Shown: one piece after another, positions 57,597 to 64,000 of the stretch
How positions within the stretch are numbered: position 1 is the first letter of the stretch
Layout: each line of letters opens with the position of its first letter
Virus record (IMG/VR): IMGVR_UViG_2840949845_000002
Coordinates: 1-64,000 of that record
Length of the DNA: 64,000 nt
Reading direction: 5' to 3' (one strand)
DNA from: a virus
Taxonomy: Duplodnaviria; Caudoviricetes
Translations under genes and position numbers: made by a program
The notes under the pieces: model-generated
Told to the model about the DNA's origin: nothing
Database searches by the model: none
Seen by the model: only the letters and a program-made list of their open reading frames with translations

Positions 57597-58237
57597 CAGC
57601 CCCGCTGCCCCGCGATCTGATCTACGAGGCCATGAATGCGATCCAGGTCGGCGACCGCTGTGTCCAGGCCAGCTTGTTCCTCTTGGAGGCGGCATCGTCT
57701 CGCCGTCAGCAAGGTCACGCGCTGCTGCACGCACTCGCCCGTGAGATCGCCAAGGGCGCGACGGTCGAAGCTTTGGCGCTGGCCCTGGTCTACGAGCGTC
57801 AAATCTACGCCGCCCACAGCGACGACCTTGCCAAGATACAGGCGGACCTGGATAGCATTCGCGACCACCTCAAACCCGAAGTCGCGGCTTGGAGCGCCTT
57901 TGTCAAGGTCCGCAACTATCGCGCCCGGCTGGCTGATTGGAAGGGAAGGAAACCAAGGAAACCGAAAGTGGCGGGGAAAAGGACAGGCCGCGCAGTCTCT
58001 GGTCTGACGGTTTCCGAGGAAGCTCTTCTGGTGGAGATGCTGAAGGATGCGGATCGCGGCGATGTGACGTGGTTTTTCGACAAGTCAAGACCGGCGTTGA
58101 AGGGGCTTCTGCGCCGTGGCCTTGCCGCCATGTTCACCCCGGCCATCGGCATGTGCGAAGGCGTCCCCTATGCGCTGACCGCCAAGGGGCGCGGTGATGC
58201 TCTCGCCGTTCTTCATGAGATTGGAGAAGCGCCGTGA
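57593..58237 (+). CDS. Hypothetical protein
   Basis: ATGA-coupled 214-aa ORF. Confidence 0.6.
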   Translation: MTAPLPRDLIYEAMNAIQVGDRCVQASLFLLEAASSRRQQGHALLHALAREIAKGATVEALALALVYERQIYAAHSDDLAKIQADLDSIRDHLKPEVAAWSAFVKVRNYRARLADWKGRKPRKPKVAGKRTGRAVSGLTVSEEALLVEMLKDADRGDVTWFFDKSRPALKGLLRRGLAAMFTPAIGMCEGVPYALTAKGRGDALAVLHEIGEAP

Positions 58238-58470
58238 CCATCACCCTGTCCATCGACCTGTACGACGATGGGGCGGTTCCTGTGTTGCTGGTGGCCGGGT
58301 TGCCCGGCTACGACGGACAGGTCGCCTTCCTGATCGACGGCCTTTCCGTTCGGACGCTCCGCCCGACGCGCGGGCTGCCCGCGCGCCTGCCCGAGCGCCC
58401 GATGGGCCGGGGCTTGCCGTCGCTGGCCGACATTCTGCGGCAAGCCGCCCAACCGGAGGGTCAGCGATGA
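58234..58470 (+). CDS. Hypothetical protein
   Basis: GTGA-coupled ORF. Confidence 0.55.
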   Translation: MTITLSIDLYDDGAVPVLLVAGLPGYDGQVAFLIDGLSVRTLRPTRGLPARLPERPMGRGLPSLADILRQAAQPEGQR

Positions 58471-58736
58471 GCGCCGCCAAGCTGGCGATTGCCGCAGGAG
58501 CCGCCCTGCGCCGCTTGCGCCGGGGCGACGCGGCGGTGGGAGCCTTCCGGGCCGAGCTGGTCGGCGTGCTGACGGGCGTCGTCACCAGCGCGAGCAACCG
58601 CCCGCAACCCCTGCGGCTCGACACGGATCCGTGCGAGATGATCGACTTGGCGGTGGAGCTGTGCCGCGACGCTGGCGTGTCTGGTCTCGACATGGCCGCG
58701 CGCTTCAACGACGCGGTCGAGCGGAGGCGGCGCTGA
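58467..58736 (+). CDS. Hypothetical protein
   Basis: ATGA-coupled ORF. Confidence 0.55.
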   Translation: MSAAKLAIAAGAALRRLRRGDAAVGAFRAELVGVLTGVVTSASNRPQPLRLDTDPCEMIDLAVELCRDAGVSGLDMAARFNDAVERRRR

Positions 58737-59005
58737 TGGCCAAGCAACTCCACCTGTTCCGCAAGCCGCGCCGTCCAGCCAAGTCAAATCCGCGCACGCT
58801 GCATGTGAGCGACGCGGGAAGCGCCGGTGTCGCTGGCCGCTATGGCGTCGTGACGCTGTGTTGCGACCTGTGCGGCCACGAAACGGAGTGGCTGCCCGCC
58901 CGCAGCGTCACCGTCGAACTGAAAGGCCGCGTCTGCCCCAAATGCAAGGGCGACCCGGCCACCGTCAAACCATCCGGCGGAACCGCCGACAAGGAGCCGT
59001 CATGA
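58736..59005 (+). CDS. Zinc-ribbon protein
   Basis: CDLCGH...CPKC. Confidence 0.65.
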   Translation: MAKQLHLFRKPRRPAKSNPRTLHVSDAGSAGVAGRYGVVTLCCDLCGHETEWLPARSVTVELKGRVCPKCKGDPATVKPSGGTADKEPS

Positions 59006-59487
59006 CCGCCGCAAGAACCGTCAAAAAGCCCCAAGCCCCTGACGCCCTCAAGCCGCTTGTCGCCAAGGTCCAGACCCTGCGCCGGATGGTTCCGGCCCTG
59101 TCGGACGAAGACACGTGGCGCGCCTTCTTGGCGGTCAACGCCAACGGCGTCACGTCCACCCGCGCCATGTCCGAAGGTCAGTTGTGCACCGTGGTCGAGG
59201 CCCTGCACCAAGCAGGCGCGCCGCGCAAAGCGCCCGGCGCGAAGGCTCCCGCTCGTTACGCCGACACGGCGCAAATGGCGATGATCCGGGCGCTGTGGTT
59301 GGAACTGGCCGAGCTTGGCGCCGTCAAGGATCGGTCGGAGGCGGCGCTGTCCGCCTTCATCAAGCGGCAGACCCGCCAGGATGTCGGTCGGCTGTTTCCG
59401 TCCAGCGCCGCCGCTGTGATCGAAGCGCTGAAGAGCTGGCGCGCCCGCGTCACCACCGCCAGCCCGCCGGAGGTTCCCGCGTTATGA
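59002..59487 (+). CDS. gemA: GemA (DUF1018) family protein
   Basis: MIRALWLEL...DRSEAALSAFIKR...VIEALKSW. Confidence 0.85.
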   Translation: MTAARTVKKPQAPDALKPLVAKVQTLRRMVPALSDEDTWRAFLAVNANGVTSTRAMSEGQLCTVVEALHQAGAPRKAPGAKAPARYADTAQMAMIRALWLELAELGAVKDRSEAALSAFIKRQTRQDVGRLFPSSAAAVIEALKSWRARVTTASPPEVPAL

Positions 59488-60020
59488 CCAACGACGTCCC
59501 GCCTGGCCTGACGCCCCACATCCTGCCCGGCATCCTGCGCGACATAGCCGAGATCGCGGGCTTGCAGGCCGCTGTCGATCTGTGTCTCGCCGCGCGCGGG
59601 CGTCGCTTCTACATCCCCGCACGCGCAACCTTGACCAAGGCGCACCCGCTGGTGCGCGCGGTCGGTTGGCAGTCGGCAAGGCTGATCGCCCAAGCCTACG
59701 GCCATGAAAGTCTGTCGATCCCCAACGCCCGCCCGGTCCTGCGCGCCTATCGCGCGCGGGTTCTGCGGACGGCGGGCTACTCGACGGCGCAGATCGCCAT
59801 GTTGCTCGACATGGATCGCGGCCACGTCCAGCGCCTTGCGCCCGCCGCCGAGTACCCGCCCGGCCCGGTCGAAAAGAGGGCGGTGCGGGCGATCCTGGAC
59901 GAAGCGCCCCGCCGCTTCAGCCGCATGAAGCCGGGCGAAGCGCCGTCGGCCCCGCCGCCGGTTCCGCCCCCTGGCCCATCGCCTCTGTTCCTTTGGGCGG
60001 GCGTGAAGCTGCCCGGCTGA
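59484..60020 (+). CDS. Mor/C-like transcription activator
   Basis: LPGILRDIAEIAG..AA...GRRFYIP...HTH; follows gemA. Confidence 0.8.
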   Translation: MTNDVPPGLTPHILPGILRDIAEIAGLQAAVDLCLAARGRRFYIPARATLTKAHPLVRAVGWQSARLIAQAYGHESLSIPNARPVLRAYRARVLRTAGYSTAQIAMLLDMDRGHVQRLAPAAEYPPGPVEKRAVRAILDEAPRRFSRMKPGEAPSAPPPVPPPGPSPLFLWAGVKLPG

Positions 60021-60072
60021 CGCCGCATCCACCACCATTACGAGCGAGGCGGCGGCGGGCGACACTCGCCCC

Positions 60073-60663
60073 ATGACAACCACGCCCCCGACGCTCTCCG
60101 ACGCCTTCCCCGCCGCCATCGCCTTTGTGCTGGGGCATGAGGGTGGATTTTCCGACGATCCCGCCGACAGCGGCGGCCCGACGCGCTGGGGCGTGTCGTT
60201 GGCTTGGCTGCGCAAGGCCGGTCTGCTCGACCTTGACCATGACGGACGCCCCGACGGCGACGTGAACGGCGACGGCGCGGTTGACGCCGAAGACGTCCGC
60301 GTCCTGCCGCGCGACCACGCCATCCGGCTGTACCGCCTGCATTGGTGGGACGCGCTGGGCTACGCCCGGATCACGGATCCGGCCATCGCCGCCAAAACCT
60401 TCGACCTTGCCGTGAACATGGGCGCCGCCGCCGCCCACCGCTGCCTTCAGCGCGCCTTGCGCGCGGCGTGGTTCCCGGTCGCGGACGATGGCCAGCTTGG
60501 ACCGAAATCCCTTGCGGCCATCAACGCCGCCGATCCCCGCAGCCTGATGCCCGCCTTCAAATCCGAAGCGGCGGGCCATTACCGCGCCCTCATCGCCGCC
60601 CGCCCGGTTCTCGCCAAGTTCGAGAACGGCTGGCTCAACCGCGCCTACGCGCAACCCCTGTGA
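60073..60663 (+). CDS. GH108 endolysin with peptidoglycan-binding domain
   Basis: HEGGFSDDPADSGGPTRWGV...FDLAVNMG...FENGWLNR. Confidence 0.92.
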   Translation: MTTTPPTLSDAFPAAIAFVLGHEGGFSDDPADSGGPTRWGVSLAWLRKAGLLDLDHDGRPDGDVNGDGAVDAEDVRVLPRDHAIRLYRLHWWDALGYARITDPAIAAKTFDLAVNMGAAAAHRCLQRALRAAWFPVADDGQLGPKSLAAINAADPRSLMPAFKSEAAGHYRALIAARPVLAKFENGWLNRAYAQPL

Positions 60664-61298
60664 CCGGAGACGCACCATTGCCCCCCTTGTCCATCACCAT
60701 CCTCGCGTCGGTCGCCCTGGCTGTCGGTCTGCTGACCGCCGGGATCCTGTCGCCGCGCCACGCTGGCCGCCGTTTGTTCGCCGCCCTGCTCGTCGCGCTG
60801 GCGCCGCTTCCGGCTCTGGCCGACGCGGCGGGCGTCAACACGGCGGTCGATTTGTCCGCCCTTGCCAGCGGCGTCATCGCCGCTCTCGGCGCCGCCGCGC
60901 TGTGGGTCGGTCGCGCCGTCACCAGCGCGTTGATCGGCTATCTGGCGCAAAAGACCAAGCTGGAGCTGGACGACCACACCCGCGCCTATCTGGACCAAGC
61001 GCTGGAGCGCGCTGTCCAGTACGCGCAAAGCAGCGCGGAGCGTCTGGTCGGTCGCGCCGCGTCGGAGATCGACGTTCACAACGCCGTCGTGGCCCACGCG
61101 GTCAATTACGCGGTGGACCGCGTGCCGGGCGCCCTGGCCCATTTCGGCCTCACACCTGAAGCGCTGACCGGCATGGTTGAGGCGCGCATCCAGGCGAGCG
61201 CACCGACGCTGTTCGGGTCCGTCAGCCTTCGGAATGGATCGGTGGCGTTCCAGGACGGCCCGGCCCCCTTATCCGCCGGGGCGCAGGCGGGTGGCTGA
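60660..61298 (+). CDS. Membrane protein, possible holin
   Basis: Three hydrophobic segments; follows the endolysin. Confidence 0.6.
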   Translation: MTGDAPLPPLSITILASVALAVGLLTAGILSPRHAGRRLFAALLVALAPLPALADAAGVNTAVDLSALASGVIAALGAAALWVGRAVTSALIGYLAQKTKLELDDHTRAYLDQALERAVQYAQSSAERLVGRAASEIDVHNAVVAHAVNYAVDRVPGALAHFGLTPEALTGMVEARIQASAPTLFGSVSLRNGSVAFQDGPAPLSAGAQAGG

Positions 61299-61500
61299 CG
61301 ACGCCGACCGCGCCGGAGAGGCCGACCAATCCGAGGTCAGCCTCTCCGGCGCAGTCGCCCACATCCGCGACGTGCTGTCCGGGGCGGGCGCTGACTGTTG
61401 CGTCGATTGCGACGCGCCCATCCCACCCGCCCGCCGGGCCGCCTACCGGGCCGCCACCCGTTGCGTGGATTGTCAGGCCGAACATGAAGGACGCCGGTGA
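61291..61500 (+). CDS. TraR/DksA C4-type zinc finger protein
   Basis: ADDADRA...CVDCDAPIPPARR...RCVDCQ. Confidence 0.88.
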   Translation: MADDADRAGEADQSEVSLSGAVAHIRDVLSGAGADCCVDCDAPIPPARRAAYRAATRCVDCQAEHEGRR

Positions 61501-61922
61501 TGCCCGATTGGTTGAAGGAATGGTGGCCATTTGTGGCGCTGGCGGTCGCGGTGGGATCCCCGTTGGTTCACGCCTGGGTGGGCTGGTCGGTGCGGGCGCG
61601 CTTCGCCAGCAAGGATGATCTGGCCGGTGAAGGCAAGGCGCGCGGGGAAGCGCTCGACATGGAGCGGAAGGCGCGGCACGAGCGCGAGGACGCGATGCGC
61701 GAAGCGGTCAACGCTTTGCTTGGTCGGGTTGATCGGCTTGAAAGCGCCATCGAGCATCTGCCGACGGCGGAAGCCGTCGCGACGCTCACCCTGCAATTGA
61801 CCCGCGTCGAGGGGAAGCTCGCCGTGTTCGAGGAACGGGCCAACGGCGTCGTGGCTTTGTTTGAGCGCACGGATCGGCAGGTCCAGGTGATGGATGAATT
61901 CCTGCGGAAGGTGAAAGCATGA
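61500..61922 (+). CDS. DUF2730 family protein
   Basis: N-terminal TM, RLESAIEHLPT. Confidence 0.75.
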   Translation: MPDWLKEWWPFVALAVAVGSPLVHAWVGWSVRARFASKDDLAGEGKARGEALDMERKARHEREDAMREAVNALLGRVDRLESAIEHLPTAEAVATLTLQLTRVEGKLAVFEERANGVVALFERTDRQVQVMDEFLRKVKA

Positions 61923-62227
61923 GCAACACCAATTTTCTGGCCCATTTGGCCGAAGACCGGCGTCTTGTCATCCTGCGGCTGTTGACCGAAGCGGGCGGGA
62001 CGGCGAACGACAGCGTTCTTGAAGCCGGGCTGCAACAGCTCGGTCATCGGCGCGGCTTGACCCGCGACGTGGTGCGCGCCGACATCGACTGGTTGAAGGC
62101 GCGCCGTCTGGTGGCGGTGGAGATGGTCAAGGACACCGTCATGGTGGCCAGCATCACGGAACGCGGTCTGAACGTCGCCGAGGGTCATGAGACCGTTGAC
62201 GGCGTCAAACGCCCGTCGCTCGTCTGA
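61919..62227 (+). CDS. Mu gp26-like wHTH protein
   Basis: EDRRLVILRLL...TERGLNVAEG...GVKRP. Confidence 0.8.
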   Translation: MSNTNFLAHLAEDRRLVILRLLTEAGGTANDSVLEAGLQQLGHRRGLTRDVVRADIDWLKARRLVAVEMVKDTVMVASITERGLNVAEGHETVDGVKRPSLV

Positions 62228-62232
62228 TCGCC

Positions 62233-62790
62233 ATGGCACGCCTTTCCGCCGCCGACAAATGGCCGACCGACATCCGCGCGCTGGTGGGCAAGCTGCGCGG
62301 GCAAGGGGCGACCATCGACCAAATCCGCGCCAAGCTGCAAGAGCTTGACGTCTCCGTTCCGCGCTCGACGCTGGGGCGCGAGATTAAGGAGTTGGATGAG
62401 GTCATCGCCGACATCCGACGGGCGCGCGAGATCGCCGAGGCCATCGGCACCCGGATCGACGAAGGGTCGGCGTCAAGCACCGCGCGCGCCAACGTCGAAA
62501 TCCTGCAAGCCTTGACCCAACGGCTGCTGTTTGCGGCGCGCGGTGAAGGCGGCGAGATCGCCATTGAGGCGAAGGACGCCAAAGCCTATTCGGAAGTGCT
62601 GCGCAATCTGGCCTCCGCGTCCAAGGTCGATTTGGACCGGGAAATCAAATGGCGCGATGAGCTGCGCGCCAAGGTCGACGCCGCGCTGAAGGCCGCAGAG
62701 GCGGACGCGTCCAAAGGCGGCGGAAAGCCCGTCGATCTGAAGGAGGCGCTGGTGCGCGTTCGGCAGGAAGTCTACGGGATTTTCTCATGA
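62233..62790 (+). CDS. Mu gp27/DUF3486 family (terminase small subunit)
   Basis: VPRSTLGR motif; directly upstream of terL. Confidence 0.8.
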   Translation: MARLSAADKWPTDIRALVGKLRGQGATIDQIRAKLQELDVSVPRSTLGREIKELDEVIADIRRAREIAEAIGTRIDEGSASSTARANVEILQALTQRLLFAARGEGGEIAIEAKDAKAYSEVLRNLASASKVDLDREIKWRDELRAKVDAALKAAEADASKGGGKPVDLKEALVRVRQEVYGIFS

Positions 62791-64000
62791 GCGCCGCCGT
62801 CCCTCTCTACACCTATCAGAAGCGCTGGCTTCAGGATAAGGCGCGCTTCAAGGTCGGCATGTTCGCGCGCCAATGCGGCAAGACCTTCACAACGACGCTG
62901 GAGGTGGTGGACGACTGCTTTGCCGCTGCGGCGGAGGGGCGGCGCGAGCGTTGGGTCATCCTGTCGCGCGGCGAGCGGCAGGCCAAAGAGGCGATGGACG
63001 AAGGAATCAAGCGCCACGCCCAAGCCTACCAGATGAGCTTGGACGCGATGGAGTATGATTGGGTGGGGGGCAGCGCCAGTTACAAGGCGTTGGAGGTGAC
63101 TTTGGAGGGCGGCAGCCGCATCACCGCCTTGCCCGCCAACCCCGACACCGCGCGCGGCTTTTCGGCCAATGTGTTTCTGGATGAGTTCGCCTTCCACGCC
63201 GACAGCCGCGCGATCTGGAAGGCGCTGTTTCCGGTCATTTCCAACGGCTGGAAACTGCGCGTCGTCTCGACGCCGAACGGCAAGGGCAACAAATTCTATG
63301 ATCTTGTCACAGGGGCCGACGACGGCTGGTCGCGCCACCATGTCGATATTTATCAGGCGGTCGCTGACGGTCTGCCGCGCGACATTGACGAGCTGCGCGA
63401 GGCCATTGGGGATCCCGACGCCTGGGCGCAGGAGTTCGAGTTGCAATGGCTGGACGAAGCGTCCAGTTGGCTGAGCTATGAGGAGATCGCCGCCGTCGAG
63501 GATCCCGACGCGGGGCGTCCGGAGCTGTATCGCGGCGGTCCCGTCTATGTTGGCAACGACATCGCGCGCCGCAACGATCTGTTCGTTGTGTGGGCGTGGG
63601 AGCTGGTTGGCGACGTCTTGTGGACTCGGGAAATCATCGAGCGCCGCCGCATCACCTTTTCCGAACAGGACGCCATCATTGACGACGTGATGCGCCGCTA
63701 TCGCCCCGTCCGCTTGGCGATGGACCAGACCGGCATGGGCGAAAAGCCGGTCGAAGACACCCAGCGCCGGTGGGGAACGCATGCGGTGGAGGGCGTGCTG
63801 CTCACCGGGTCGCGCCGCCTCGACATCGCCACCTCGGCCAAACAGGCGTTCGAGGATCGCAAGGTCCGCATCCCCGCCGGTCGCCCGGAGCTGCGCGCCG
63901 ATCTGCACAAGCTCAAGAAGACGGTCGGGGCCACCGGCGCGCCGCGCTTGGTGGCGGATCGCGACGGCGACGGTCACGCTGACCGGACGTGGGCCGCCTT
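62787..64000 (+). CDS. Terminase large subunit (Mu gp28-like), runs off the window
   Basis: LYTYQKRW..ARQCGKT, LDEFAFH, STPNGKGNKF, DQTGMG, GHADRTWA; no stop in window. Confidence 0.93.
   Translation, partial: MSAAVPLYTYQKRWLQDKARFKVGMFARQCGKTFTTTLEVVDDCFAAAAEGRRERWVILSRGERQAKEAMDEGIKRHAQAYQMSLDAMEYDWVGGSASYKALEVTLEGGSRITALPANPDTARGFSANVFLDEFAFHADSRAIWKALFPVISNGWKLRVVSTPNGKGNKFYDLVTGADDGWSRHHVDIYQAVADGLPRDIDELREAIGDPDAWAQEFELQWLDEASSWLSYEEIAAVEDPDAGRPELYRGGPVYVGNDIARRNDLFVVWAWELVGDVLWTREIIERRRITFSEQDAIIDDVMRRYRPVRLAMDQTGMGEKPVEDTQRRWGTHAVEGVLLTGSRRLDIATSAKQAFEDRKVRIPAGRPELRADLHKLKKTVGATGAPRLVADRDGDGHADRTWAA

Larger units (their letters stand above)
47261..64000. mobile_element. Prophage 2: Mu-like transposable phage (left part)
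   Basis: Starts TGTA after CCGGC; order c-ner-A-B...gemA-mor-lys-DksA-DUF2730-terS-terL. Confidence 0.92.

Noticed and set aside
1-64000. CRISPR array, rRNA, retron, IS elements
   Set aside because: No regularly spaced repeat-spacer array, rRNA-like sequence, RT motif or IS transposase recognised by eye

Overview
GC-rich alphaproteobacterial DNA (Rhodospirillaceae/Azospirillum-like by inference), made up almost entirely of two abutting prophages. Prophage 1 (~1268-47260) is integrated at tRNA-Thr(CGT), whose duplicated 3' half lies at 1268-1313. It has a lambda-type head/packaging module, a Mu-type contractile tail, a lysis cassette and a lambdoid immunity region with clear palindromic operators. 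Its accessory cargo includes an IetAS-like AAA+/S8 pair, a 781-aa membrane protein, two C4-antisense/antirepressor cassettes with different specificities, a second Xer-like recombinase with an adjacent dif-like site, ParA and an SOS-boxed stand-alone UmuC C-terminal domain. Several head/tail genes between 12.6 and 19.5 kb are frameshifted (decay or sequencing error). Prophage 2 (47261 to the window end) is a Mu-like transposable phage (c, ner, A, B, gemA, mor, lysis, terminase) that appears inserted in the 3' end of prophage 1's integrase. The best candidate for a new system is an AT-rich cassette in the lambda rexAB slot between cI and OL. It encodes a PAS-LuxR regulator, a DUF1399-like protein and a small ORF resembling the C-terminal helix of a protease-less cI, and could be a signal-sensing, SOS-independent induction switch. 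All family assignments are from motif recognition, not database searches.
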